The notes below the pieces were generated by a model. That model ran no database searches. It saw nothing but the letters and a program-made list of their open reading frames with translations, and had not been told where the DNA came from. Positions 29,299 through 38,899 of a stretch of DNA of 64,000 bases are shown piece after piece (within the stretch, counting starts at the first letter, position 1; each line of letters begins with the position of its first letter). The position numbers were made by a program, and so were the translations under genes. This DNA is from an uncultured Actinomycetota bacterium (lineage in GTDB: Bacteria > Actinomycetota > Actinomycetes > Mycobacteriales > Pseudonocardiaceae): the NCBI GenBank assembly GCA_963727745.1, contig CAVSHL010000011.1, positions 644,344 through 708,343 on the forward strand, written 5' to 3'.

Positions 29299-29339
29299 CC
29301 TGGGGTACCCCTGGGGTCGGAACCTGGGGCATTCCCCGG
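29299..29339 (+). promoter_or_regulatory. CCTGGGG repeats and PAS-LuxR-like box
   Basis: CCTGGGGT at 29299 and 29310 (11-bp period), CCTGGGGC at 29323. CTGGGGCATTCCCCGG (29324-29339) matches 14/16 of the PimM-type consensus CTVGGGAWWTCCCBAG. Confidence 0.4.
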
Positions 29340-29524
29340 TCCGCCGACCCCCCGTCCCGGCCTAGGTTCGTGGCGCGCAGGTCGGGGGAGATCGAGGCCA
29401 GCACTCGATCTTTGGCCTGTGTGCGGGGCGTGCGGCGGGGACGAGGCGGAGGGGGTCCGCCGCGCGCCTCTGCGCGCGCCCCGCCCGAGGTGAGAAGGCA
29501 GATCGGGGGACCGTCTTGCGGCCG

Positions 29525-29893
29525 ATGATCACGTGTCCCGCGGTGTGGCCGATCAGCTGGGGACCGCTCGCGTTCACCGTCGATCCGGCGGGCTCGCCGC
29601 TCTACATGGTCGAGCTCGCGGCCGACCGCAGGCTGATGACGAGCGTCGCCGGGCGCAGCCCCGACAACTACTTCTACGGCGGCGAGGACGAGAACGTCTT
29701 CGCCACCGGGCCCGACTGGACGATGCCGCGGCAGGTCTGGTCCCGGCTCGCGCGGCTGCGCCTGGTGTATTACAGGGTCGTGGCTTTCGATCACACGTTG
29801 ACCGTCTCGGCACCGTCGGTGAGCGACGATCACCTCGACGCCGTGCCGATCGTGTGCTTCGCGGCCGACGAGGCGTCGTACCTGCGCCGCTGA
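29525..29893 (+). CDS. Hypothetical protein (122 aa, aromatic-rich, probable beta-sandwich)
   Basis: Strong GC3 codon bias; YMVELA, NYFYGG, WTMP..VW.RL, YYRVVA patterns; followed after 13 bp by the amidase gene. Confidence 0.7.
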   Translation: MITCPAVWPISWGPLAFTVDPAGSPLYMVELAADRRLMTSVAGRSPDNYFYGGEDENVFATGPDWTMPRQVWSRLARLRLVYYRVVAFDHTLTVSAPSVSDDHLDAVPIVCFAADEASYLRR

Positions 29894-29906
29894 TCTGGAG
29901 CCCGTT

Positions 29907-30545
29907 GTGAAGATGCCCGTACCCGAGCCGGTCGGTCCCGAGCTCGCCACGGTCGAGCCGATGCCGCCGGCCGGTCCGCTGTCGGGCCTGCTGCCCGGCG
30001 ACTTCCTGCTGGGCCGGGCACACGGCTTCAAGCACGACCTGCTGCGGTTCGGCCAGAGCCTGCGGCTGCGCCGGAGGCAGCGGCCGTTCGCCCGCTACAC
30101 CCACGCCGCGCTGGTGGTCTCGGAGTCCGGCGATCTCATCGAGGCAGTCGGCGCGGGGGTCCGCCGGTCCCACGTGCGCACCTACGTCGACGCGCAGGAG
30201 TCCTACCAGCTCGTCCGCATCAAGGCCTCCGACGAGGACCGCCGGCAGATGGTGGCCTTCGCGGTGGCAGCGCTCCGGCAGAAGGCGCCGTACGGGTTCC
30301 TCGCCAACATCAGCACGGCGTTCTGGGCGTTCACGGGCTCCCGCCTGATCTTCTTCCGGGACGGCTCGTACACCTGCTCGGGGCTCGTGGCGGCGGCGCT
30401 GGAGCGCACGTCGACGCAGTTCACCACCAACGCGGCCCGGGTGATGCCGGCCCAGTTGGCCGCGATGTTCGGTGCGCCGGTCCCGCCGCCGGATCCGCGC
30501 CGCTCGGTCGGGGCGGCGCTGCGTCGGATCACGTCGAGGCGATGA
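29907..30545 (+). CDS. Permuted papain-like amidase (YiiX/YebB, NlpC/P60 superfamily)
   Basis: PGDFLL, YTHAALV (His), IEAVGAGV, PYG, then YTCSGLVAAA (Cys after His = permuted order). Confidence 0.8.
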   Translation: MKMPVPEPVGPELATVEPMPPAGPLSGLLPGDFLLGRAHGFKHDLLRFGQSLRLRRRQRPFARYTHAALVVSESGDLIEAVGAGVRRSHVRTYVDAQESYQLVRIKASDEDRRQMVAFAVAALRQKAPYGFLANISTAFWAFTGSRLIFFRDGSYTCSGLVAAALERTSTQFTTNAARVMPAQLAAMFGAPVPPPDPRRSVGAALRRITSRR

Positions 30546-33303
30546 GGCGGGCGAGGTCGGCGCGGGTGCGGATCTCCAGCTTCCGGTAGATGTTCGACAG
30601 GTGGTACTCGACGGTCTTGTGGGAGAGGAACAGCTCGGCGGCGGCCTCCGCGTTGGTCGCGCCGCGGCCCACGGCCATCGCGACGCGCAGCTCGCGCGGG
30701 GTCAGCGCCTGCATGTCCGCGGGAATGTCCGCGACCGGCCGTCGACGTGGCGCCAGCCCGGTCGCCCGCAGCTCTGTCTCGGCCTGGCGGGCCCACCCCG
30801 TCGCGCCGAGCCGGGTGAACACCTCGAGCGCGGCGTCGAGCTGGCCCCGCGCCTGCGCCCGCAGCTGGTTGCGGCGCAGGAACTCGCCGTAGCAGAGCTG
30901 GGTCCTGGCCTGCTCGAACGGCCGGTCGGAACGTTCGTGCCAGCGCAGGGCCGACTCGAAAGCGGCGCGCCCCTCGTCGGGTGAGGTGGCGAGCAGGCCG
31001 TCGCACCTGGCGGCGACGGCCGCCTCTCCTGCGCGGCCGCTGCGTGCCACCTCCTGCGTGAGTGCCCGGCGGGCGACCACGGTCTGCTCGGCGCGGCCCG
31101 CGCGGACCAGTGCCTCGACGAGATCGCCCGCCCAGTTGAACAGCACCGAGTCGCCCATCCGCTGCGCGATCGCGAAGTCGCCTGCGACCTGCAGCAGCTC
31201 CGCGGCCTCCGCCGGGCGCCCGGCACCCAGTTCGAGCAGGCCAAGCAGCCGGGACCGGTGGGCCACGAACAGCCGGGACCCGCCCTGCGAGCCCAGGTGG
31301 GTCGCGTCGGCGAGGTGCCGGCGCGCGGCGTCGGCCCGCCCGAGCGTGACCTCCACGGTGGCCAGCGCGACGAGGCTGTTGGGCAGCTCGGTGGTCCAGC
31401 CCGTCTCCTCCGCCGACTGGACGGCCGCGTTGCCGTGCGCCAGCGCGCTCTCCCAGTCGCCCTGGAACCAGCACACCTGCGACAGCCAGGACAGCTGGAA
31501 CGGCAGCAGCCCGGCCGCCTGGGCCGTGCGCGCCGCCCGTTCGGCGGTCTGCAGCCAGTGCCGGGCCGGGCCGAGCTCGTCGATGGCGGCGTAGGCGAGC
31601 GCACCCTGGACCAGGATCTGGTCGATCGAGAGCGGGTCGCACTCCGGCAGGTACGGCGCGCAGCGCGCCAGCACCGAGCGCGCCCCGGCGGTGTCGCCGT
31701 TGATGGCGCGGGTGACGGCCTGGGCGACCAGCACGCCCATCCGGTGCTGGTCGGGCCGGTCGGCCGTGACGGTCGCCGCCCGTTCCACCATCGCCGACGC
31801 CAGCCGTTGCTCGCCCAGGGCGATGCTCACGATCGCGGCCTGCGCGCGCATCGCGGCCGACCACTCGGGCTGTAGCGCCTCGGTGCGGTCGGCGAGATCG
31901 AGGAGCTGGTCACGGGCCTGCATGGGTTGCCCGCTCCACATCTGCACGCGGCACTGCAGGTGCTGGGCGACGATGCGCAGGGTCGCGTCGTCGGTCTCGG
32001 CGATCGCCATCTCGAGCAGCGGCCCCACCGCGTCGAGCTGGCCCGCGGCCTGCCCGGCGATCGCGGCGTCCAGCGTGCGGCGCGCCCGCGCCGCGCCGGG
32101 TGGGCTCAGCCGGGCCGCCCGCTCGTACAGAGCGGCGGCCGTGACGTGGCTGTGCCGGGCCGCCGCGGCGGCTGCGGCGCTCGCCAGCTGGCCGGCCACG
32201 TCCTCGTCGGGGGTGGCGGTCGCGGCGGCGAGGTGGAACGCCCGCCGCTCCGCCGCGCCGGGCGCCACCCGGTCGTCGTGCGCGTCGGCCAGCACGCGGT
32301 GCGCCGCACGCCGCGCCGCGGGGGACGTCGAGTGGTAGAGCGTGCTGCGGATCAGGGGATGGACGAACCGTGCGTCGCCCCCTTCCATGACGACGAGCCC
32401 GGCGTCCTCGGCGGGTTCCAGCACGGTGCGGGACAGGTCCTTCGCCGCGAGCGCCTGGTCCAGCACGTCGCCGGCGCGTCCGGCGGCCGCGAGCAGCAGC
32501 AGCGCTTCGCGGGTCCGTTCCGGCAGCGCCGTGAGCCGGCGGCCGTAGGCCCGCATCAGCCGCGCCGAGAGCACGATCGGCTCGTCGAGGAAGGCGGTGT
32601 CGGCGGGCCCCGACATCTCCAGCAGGGCGAGCGGGTTGCCGCCGACGGCCTGCCAGGTCGCGACGGGCAGCGGGCCGCGGTGCGCGGTGAGCTCCCGCGC
32701 CGACTCGAGGTCCAGGCCCTCCACGTGAATGGTCGGGGTCCGGTCGAGCCACCGCTCCGCGGCCGGTGCGACGTCGGCCTCCAACCGGGCCGTCATGATC
32801 ACGGCCAGCCGTTCGGTGCGCAGCCTGCGCAGGGTGAACGCCAGCGTCTCCAGGGTCGGGGTGTCGACCAGGTGGACGTCGTCGACGGTCACCAGCAGCG
32901 GCCCGGCCTCGGCGGCGGCGGCCAGCACGGACAGCGTCGCGGCGGCGACGGCGAGCCGGTCGCCGTGCACGGCGGGGCCGAGGTCCAGCGCGGCGTCGAG
33001 CGCGGCGGCCTGGGCGGCGGGCAACCCGGGCGCGTCACCCAGCAGCGGCCCGACGAGCATCGACAGCGCCGCGAACGGGATGTCCTGCTCGGCCTCGTTG
33101 CCCTGCACCCGCACGGTGCGGAACCCGTCGGCGACGCCCTCGGCGTACTCCAGCAACCGCGTCTTCCCGATCCCCGGATCCCCGCGCAGCACCACGGTCC
33201 CGGGCTGCGCGGTGCTCGCGGCGGCGAGCACCTCCTGCAGCCGCGCGCACTGCTCGACCCGTCCGACCAGCGCCACGTCAGACCGTTCGGTGGGCGGCGT
33301 CAC
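30529..33303 (-). CDS. LAL (AAA ATPase + LuxR HTH) transcriptional regulator
   Basis: LVGRVEQ, GDPGIGKT Walker A, VTVDDVH, FVHPLIR, LTPRELRVA..GATNAEAAAELFLSHKTVEYHL. Confidence 0.92.
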   Translation of the reverse strand: MTPPTERSDVALVGRVEQCARLQEVLAAASTAQPGTVVLRGDPGIGKTRLLEYAEGVADGFRTVRVQGNEAEQDIPFAALSMLVGPLLGDAPGLPAAQAAALDAALDLGPAVHGDRLAVAAATLSVLAAAAEAGPLLVTVDDVHLVDTPTLETLAFTLRRLRTERLAVIMTARLEADVAPAAERWLDRTPTIHVEGLDLESARELTAHRGPLPVATWQAVGGNPLALLEMSGPADTAFLDEPIVLSARLMRAYGRRLTALPERTREALLLLAAAGRAGDVLDQALAAKDLSRTVLEPAEDAGLVVMEGGDARFVHPLIRSTLYHSTSPAARRAAHRVLADAHDDRVAPGAAERRAFHLAAATATPDEDVAGQLASAAAAAAARHSHVTAAALYERAARLSPPGAARARRTLDAAIAGQAAGQLDAVGPLLEMAIAETDDATLRIVAQHLQCRVQMWSGQPMQARDQLLDLADRTEALQPEWSAAMRAQAAIVSIALGEQRLASAMVERAATVTADRPDQHRMGVLVAQAVTRAINGDTAGARSVLARCAPYLPECDPLSIDQILVQGALAYAAIDELGPARHWLQTAERAARTAQAAGLLPFQLSWLSQVCWFQGDWESALAHGNAAVQSAEETGWTTELPNSLVALATVEVTLGRADAARRHLADATHLGSQGGSRLFVAHRSRLLGLLELGAGRPAEAAELLQVAGDFAIAQRMGDSVLFNWAGDLVEALVRAGRAEQTVVARRALTQEVARSGRAGEAAVAARCDGLLATSPDEGRAAFESALRWHERSDRPFEQARTQLCYGEFLRRNQLRAQARGQLDAALEVFTRLGATGWARQAETELRATGLAPRRRPVADIPADMQALTPRELRVAMAVGRGATNAEAAAELFLSHKTVEYHLSNIYRKLEIRTRADLARLIAST

Positions 33304-33366
33304 TCATGGTCGTGATCCTGCACCACGAACGGACGCACGGGGAGCGCCGCCTCACACTGCGGTCAC

Positions 33367-35343
33367 CTACAGCTGCACCTGCGACCCCATCACCACGGTC
33401 CGATCGACCGGGAGCTTGAAGATCGCGGCTGGTGAGGCCGCGTTGTTGGCCAACCCGATGAACAACCGCTTGCGCCACGATGCGAGCCCCGGCTGCCCGC
33501 CTCGGGTGATCTGCATGCGGGAGAGGTAGTAGAAGGCGATGTCCGGGTCGATGTCGAGCTCCGGCGACATGCCCCGGGCCTGACGGAGGACCGACGGGAT
33601 GTCCTGGTCGTCCTGGAACCCGAACCGTGCGGACAGGTGGGTGATGCCGTCGTGCGCGTAGCCCAGCTCGTCGACGGCGAGCCGCTCGTCGTGCGGCACG
33701 TGCGGCACGTTCTCGCTCATCACCGAGATGATCACGTTGTGCTCGTGGATCACCCCGTTGAACGCGACGTTGGCGCGCAGCGCGAGCGGGGTGGTCTCCT
33801 TGGTGGGGTGCGGGAACACCGCCGTTCCCGGCACCCGGGGGATGCCCTCGGAGTGCAGCCGGTCGACGAAGTCCTGCAGCGAGCCCTCCAGCTCGACGCG
33901 GCGCCGGGTGATCAGGCCGCGGCCGCTCTGCCAGGTCGTCATGACGGTGACGACGACGACCGCGACCAGCACGGGCAGCCAACCGCCCGTCGCGATCTTG
34001 GTGACGTTGGCGGCGAAGAAGACCAGCTCGAGGCCGCCGAGGACCACGGCCACCGCGACGATGCGCCAGGCGGGCCAGCGCCACGCCGTCCGGGCGTGGA
34101 TCAGGAACAGGGTGGTGGTGAGCATCAGCGTGCCGGTCACGGCGAGCCCGTACGCGGTGGAGAGGCTCTGCGAGGACTGGAAGGCCACGATCAGCACCAG
34201 CACCCCGGCGAACAGCAGCCAGTTCACGGCGGGGACGTAGATCTGCCCGCTCTCCACGGTCGAGGTCTGGCGGATGGTGAGGTGCGGCAGGTACCCGAGC
34301 CGGACGGCCTGGCGCGAGACCGAGAACGCGCCGGAGATGACGGCCTGCGACGCGATCACGGTGGCCAGGGTGGCGAGCACGACCAGCGGCCACCGGGCCC
34401 AGTCCGGCGCCAGCAGGTAGAACGGGCTCGACACGGCCCGCGGGTCGTCGAGCACGAGCGCGGCCTGTCCGAGGTAGTTGAGCACGAGCGCCGGCCACAC
34501 GACGGCGAACCACGACATCCGGATGGGCCGCCGCCCGAAGTGCCCCATGTCGGCGTAGAGCGCCTCCGCCCCGGTGATCGCCAGCACCACGGCGCCCATC
34601 GCGATGAACGCGATGTAGGGGTGGGCGAAGAAGAACGAGAACGCGTACGTCGGGGAGAGCCCGGCGAGCACCCCGGGATGGGTCGCGATGTGGGGGATGC
34701 CCAGTGCGGCCAGCACGACGAACCACAGCACCATGATCGGGCCGAACATGCGGCCGACCAGGTGGGTGCCCCAGCGCTGGACGACGAACAGCCCCGTCAG
34801 GATCGTGACGCCGATCGGCACCACCAGCTCGGCGAGCTCCGGCTCGACGATCTCGAGTCCCTCGACGGCCGACAGCACCGAGATGGCCGGTGTGATCAGC
34901 GAGTCGCCGTAGAACAGCGAGGCGCCCAGCACCCCCAGCGACAGCGCGATCGCGGCGCGCCGGGACTGCGTTCCCGTCGCCTTGCGGATCAGCGCGGCCA
35001 GGGCGAGGATGCCGCCCTCGCCGTCGTTGTCGGCCCGCAGGATCAGCGTCACGTACTTGAGCGTGACGACCAGCGTGATCGACCAGAAGATCAGCGACAC
35101 CACGCCGTAGACGTCGTCGGGGCTCGGGGTGACCACACCGCCGTCGATGGAGAACACCGTCTGCATCGCGTAGAGCGGGCTGGTGCCGATGTCGCCGAAC
35201 ACGATCCCGAGCGCGCCGAGCGCGAGCCCGGCCGCACCGCTGCCGTGGGCTGCGGGATGCGCGGTTCCCGGGACCGGCGGCGGGGGATCGGCCGGTTCGG
35301 GGACTGACCCGGCCGCGTCGGCGGCCGGCGGGGCGTCGGTCAT
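33367..35343 (-). CDS. kup: KUP/HAK/KT potassium uptake permease
   Basis: GIVFGDIGTSPLYA, ADNDGEGG, YGDSLITPAISVLSAVEG, ITGAEALYADMGHFG, YGLAVTGT. Start re-called at ATG 35343. Confidence 0.95.
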   Translation of the reverse strand: MTDAPPAADAAGSVPEPADPPPPVPGTAHPAAHGSGAAGLALGALGIVFGDIGTSPLYAMQTVFSIDGGVVTPSPDDVYGVVSLIFWSITLVVTLKYVTLILRADNDGEGGILALAALIRKATGTQSRRAAIALSLGVLGASLFYGDSLITPAISVLSAVEGLEIVEPELAELVVPIGVTILTGLFVVQRWGTHLVGRMFGPIMVLWFVVLAALGIPHIATHPGVLAGLSPTYAFSFFFAHPYIAFIAMGAVVLAITGAEALYADMGHFGRRPIRMSWFAVVWPALVLNYLGQAALVLDDPRAVSSPFYLLAPDWARWPLVVLATLATVIASQAVISGAFSVSRQAVRLGYLPHLTIRQTSTVESGQIYVPAVNWLLFAGVLVLIVAFQSSQSLSTAYGLAVTGTLMLTTTLFLIHARTAWRWPAWRIVAVAVVLGGLELVFFAANVTKIATGGWLPVLVAVVVVTVMTTWQSGRGLITRRRVELEGSLQDFVDRLHSEGIPRVPGTAVFPHPTKETTPLALRANVAFNGVIHEHNVIISVMSENVPHVPHDERLAVDELGYAHDGITHLSARFGFQDDQDIPSVLRQARGMSPELDIDPDIAFYYLSRMQITRGGQPGLASWRKRLFIGLANNAASPAAIFKLPVDRTVVMGSQVQL

Positions 35344-35587
35344 GCGCCCAGTCTGCTCGCCGCCCACCCGACCACCCGCCGCGACACCACGCGCGAAGCG
35401 CCGGCACCCGATCGGCGTCGGGTGCCGGCGTCCCCGTCCGGACCGGCCGTCGAATCGGACGACGGTCAGAACTCCGTTGCGATGTGGCGGTGAAGCTCGC
35501 CTGGTCCACTCCTGCGCCAACTCATACAGTGATGGGTCAGGATCCACCAGGCTCGAAGGGCGACTGGGCGGGCGGGGGCGCGGCCGG

Positions 35588-36508
35588 ATGGAGTGGCGGG
35601 AGATCGAGATCTTCTTGACCCTGGCCGAGGAGTTGCACTTCGGCCGGACGGCTGATCGTCTCTTCGTCTCGCAGGCGCGGGTGAGCCAGACCGTCAAAGC
35701 CTTGGAGAACCGGGTCGGTGGTCGGCTGTTCGACCGCACGAGTCGGCAGGTCTCCCTGACCCCGTTGGGAGAGCGGCTGCACAACGAACTCCGTCCCGGG
35801 TACGAACAGATCCTGCGGGCCATCGCCTCGGCGAGGGAGAGCGCGCAGGGCATCTCCGGAACGCTGCGGATCGGTGTGATCAGCCTGCTGGTGGGCGGCC
35901 CGCACCTGACCCGCATCATGCGGCACTTCCAGGCCGAGCACCCGCTCTGCGCGGTCACGGTGGTCGACGCCAGCACGATCGCGTGCCTGGACCAGGTCCG
36001 AGACGGACAGCTGGACCTGGTGGCCGCATTCCTGCCGCTCGGGCGACCGGGCTTCACGATCGGCCCTGTGCTGGCCCGGCACGATCGCGCGCTGCTCGTG
36101 CCCGACGATCATCCCCTCGCACGGCGCGGCTACGCCGACGCCGAGGATCTCGCCGAACTCGACATGTGCCTTTACCCGGGCCTGCCGGACGAGACGCGCG
36201 ACGTGATGATCCCACCGCGCACCCCGAGCGGCCGACCCACGCGCCGCATCGTCCTCGACACCGTGCACGGCGCGGTCACGCTGTTCTCGGCCATCGCTCG
36301 CGGCGTGATCTGCCATCCGACCGTGACCGGGGTGACCGAGGTCTATCACCTTCCCGGCATCACGCAGATCCCGCTGCGTGGCCTGCCCCCGCTGGAAAGT
36401 GCGCTGGTCTGGGACGCGAGCCGTGAATCCGCCGCGATCCGGGCGTTCGCCAAGCACGCCACCGAGATGGTCGGCGACGCCACTGCAGGCAGCGGCACGG
36501 AGAGCTGA
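35588..36508 (+). CDS. LysR family regulator
   Basis: FLTLAEELHFGRTADRLFVSQARVSQTVKALE..LFDRTSRQV.LT. Confidence 0.92.
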   Translation: MEWREIEIFLTLAEELHFGRTADRLFVSQARVSQTVKALENRVGGRLFDRTSRQVSLTPLGERLHNELRPGYEQILRAIASARESAQGISGTLRIGVISLLVGGPHLTRIMRHFQAEHPLCAVTVVDASTIACLDQVRDGQLDLVAAFLPLGRPGFTIGPVLARHDRALLVPDDHPLARRGYADAEDLAELDMCLYPGLPDETRDVMIPPRTPSGRPTRRIVLDTVHGAVTLFSAIARGVICHPTVTGVTEVYHLPGITQIPLRGLPPLESALVWDASRESAAIRAFAKHATEMVGDATAGSGTES

Positions 36509-36704
36509 GTCAGGTCCGCGCATCATTCGCCTGACTTATCGCCGCGGTGCGGGATCTGTCGTTGATCGACCCTGCGCCCTGACCGACGCTGCACCCATCC
36601 GGTGTCGGTGCGCGATCTGCAGATGGAGCGACGATGAACGCACACAGGACGGTCCACGTCGCATTCGGCGGACCGGCGGCAGCCACCCCCGGCGCTGGTC
36701 CGGT

Positions 36705-38186
36705 ATGAGCCGCGCCGTACACGGGTCGCCGCCGGCCGCCGCGCACCTCCGACTGTCGGATCCGGTAGGTCGGTGGACTCTGGCAGCCACCGCCATCGGC
36801 TCTGGGCTCGTGCTGCTCGAGGCCACCGTCGTCAACGTGGCGCTACCGGCCCTGGAGCGAGACCTGGGCGCGACGTTGGCCGGGTTGCAGTGGACGGTCA
36901 ACGCATTCACCCTGACGCTGTCGGCGCTGATCCTCCTCGGTGGCGGTCTGGGGGATCGCTTCGGGCGGCGGCGGATCTACGTGATCGGGATCGTGTGGTT
37001 CGCAGGAGCCTCGCTGCTCTGCGGACTTGCCCCGACCCTGGAGTGGCTCATCGCAGGACGCGCGCTCCAGGGGATCGGCGGGGCACTCGTGGTGCCGGGC
37101 TCGCTGGCGCTGATCCAGGACACCTTCCACCCCGCCGACCGGGGCCGGGCACTCGGTTGGTGGTCGGGACTGAGCGGGGCAGCCGGCGCGTTGGGGCCAC
37201 TGCTGGGCGGGTCCCTGGTCGACACGGCCGGCTGGCGATGGGTGTTCCTGGTCAACGTGCCGGTTGCGGCTGTACTCGTCGTCCTGTTGCTCGCTCGGGT
37301 CCCGGTCCGGCACACGAGTACGGGCTCCGGCCGGTTCGACGGACTGGGGGCGGCCGCGGCGGCGATCGGTCTGGGCGCGCTGACCTACGCACTGACCCAA
37401 GCCGTCGACGAGCCCACTCCCGCTGCTGTGGCAGCGATCATCGGGGTTGCGGCGCTGCTGACCTTCTGGCGGGTCGAGCGGCGGAGCCCGAACCCGATGC
37501 TGCCGCTCGACGTCTTCGGCTCACGACCGTTCAGTGTCGCGAACCTCGCCAGCTTCTTCATCTACGGTGCGTTGGCTGCGCTGATGTTCGTGCTGCCCAT
37601 CCAGCTGCAGATCACGACCGGCTACTCGGCCTCGGCCACTGGTCTCGCGCTGGTACCCCTCACCGCGCTCACTCTGACGCTGTCGGCCTACGGCGGAACT
37701 CTCGTCACGAGGCTCGGTCCACGCGTGCCGCTCACCGCCGGGTCGTCGGTCTGCGCGGTGGCGCTGTTGCTGGCAACCCGAATCGGTCCGCGCGCCGACT
37801 ACGTGACCGAGGTGCTCCCGGTCGTCCTCCTCGTGGGAATCGGTATCCCGCTGGTCACGCCGGCCCTCACTGCCACCGTGCTGGGCGCAGTGTCCGACGC
37901 CCGCGCGGGCATCGCCGGCGCCGTCAGCAACGGTGTGGCCCGAACGGCCGGCCTGCTCGTCGTGGCAGCGTTGCCGGTGTTCGCGCAGTTGCCACAGGTT
38001 GCCGCCGGCGATGCCGTCGCACTCGACCACGGGTTCGACCGAAGCATGCTGTTGGGCTCAGGGTTGTTCCTCGTCGGCGGCCTTGTCTCCTACTTCGGTC
38101 TCACGACGCGAACCCGCACTCGGCCCCGGCCGATGACGGCGCCGGGTGCGTCGCCGATGGCGACCAGCCGGCGTCGCCGCGCTTGA
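36705..38186 (+). CDS. MFS drug:H+ antiporter (DHA2/EmrB-QacA type)
   Basis: TVVNVALPAL, LGDRFGRRR, GRALQGIGGA, GWRWVFLVNVP; about 14 TM segments. Confidence 0.9.
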   Translation: MSRAVHGSPPAAAHLRLSDPVGRWTLAATAIGSGLVLLEATVVNVALPALERDLGATLAGLQWTVNAFTLTLSALILLGGGLGDRFGRRRIYVIGIVWFAGASLLCGLAPTLEWLIAGRALQGIGGALVVPGSLALIQDTFHPADRGRALGWWSGLSGAAGALGPLLGGSLVDTAGWRWVFLVNVPVAAVLVVLLLARVPVRHTSTGSGRFDGLGAAAAAIGLGALTYALTQAVDEPTPAAVAAIIGVAALLTFWRVERRSPNPMLPLDVFGSRPFSVANLASFFIYGALAALMFVLPIQLQITTGYSASATGLALVPLTALTLTLSAYGGTLVTRLGPRVPLTAGSSVCAVALLLATRIGPRADYVTEVLPVVLLVGIGIPLVTPALTATVLGAVSDARAGIAGAVSNGVARTAGLLVVAALPVFAQLPQVAAGDAVALDHGFDRSMLLGSGLFLVGGLVSYFGLTTRTRTRPRPMTAPGASPMATSRRRRA

Positions 38187-38222
38187 GCCACGTCGACGTC
38201 CTCGCCGAAACCCACCACGACC

Positions 38223-38846
38223 TCAACGGAACGGGGCCAACCCGTCGCGGAGCATGGCGAAGGCGAGATCGGTTGCGGCGAGCGCGTCGGGGAGGACATC
38301 GACGGCGCGCTCGCCGTCGACGATCCGGCGATGGTGCTCCACCGTCAGCTCGTGCAGGACGACGACCACCTGGCACGCGGCCAGGCGGGCGGCCAGCCGG
38401 TCGGGGACCACCTCCTCCAGTGCGGCGGCCAGCGTGGCCTCGGAGCGGGCGCGGTAGCCGGCGAGTGCGACCGAGAGCGACGGCGTGGTCCTGACGAGCC
38501 GGAGGAAGGCCACGATCTCGGGCACGTCGGACAGCCCGGTGTTCGGGTCGTGGCGCTGCAGCGCGGCACGCCGATCGCGATGGAGCGCGGCGAGCGGGGA
38601 CTCGCCGGGGGCGCGCTCGCGCACCACCCGTGCCGGCTCGTCCTCGTGGTCGGCGAACCGGTGCAGGACCAGCACGTCCTTCGTGGGGAAGTAGGCGAAC
38701 AGGGTCCGCTTGGACACCTCCGCAGCCTCGGCGATCTCGGCGACGGACACCTCGTCGTAGCCGCGCTCGAGGAACATCGAGATGGCCGCCGCGGAGATGG
38801 CGGCCCGGGTGCGGGCCTTCTTCCGTTCGCGCAGTCCGACGTCCAT
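38223..38846 (-). CDS. TetR family regulator
   Basis: GLRERKKARTR...GYDEVSVAEIAEAAEVSKRTLFAYFPTK. Confidence 0.92.
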   Translation of the reverse strand: MDVGLRERKKARTRAAISAAAISMFLERGYDEVSVAEIAEAAEVSKRTLFAYFPTKDVLVLHRFADHEDEPARVVRERAPGESPLAALHRDRRAALQRHDPNTGLSDVPEIVAFLRLVRTTPSLSVALAGYRARSEATLAAALEEVVPDRLAARLAACQVVVVLHELTVEHHRRIVDGERAVDVLPDALAATDLAFAMLRDGLAPFR

Positions 38847-38899
38847 GGGCGGACTATACCCGGTTGATTTCTGCACTTGGTGTACTTATGCTCCGAGGT

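Noticed and set aside
18841-33303. LAL STAND ATPases as Avs-type antiphage sensors
   Set aside because: Both end in a LuxR HTH and have no nuclease/TIR/Sir2 effector domain; they are transcription factors.
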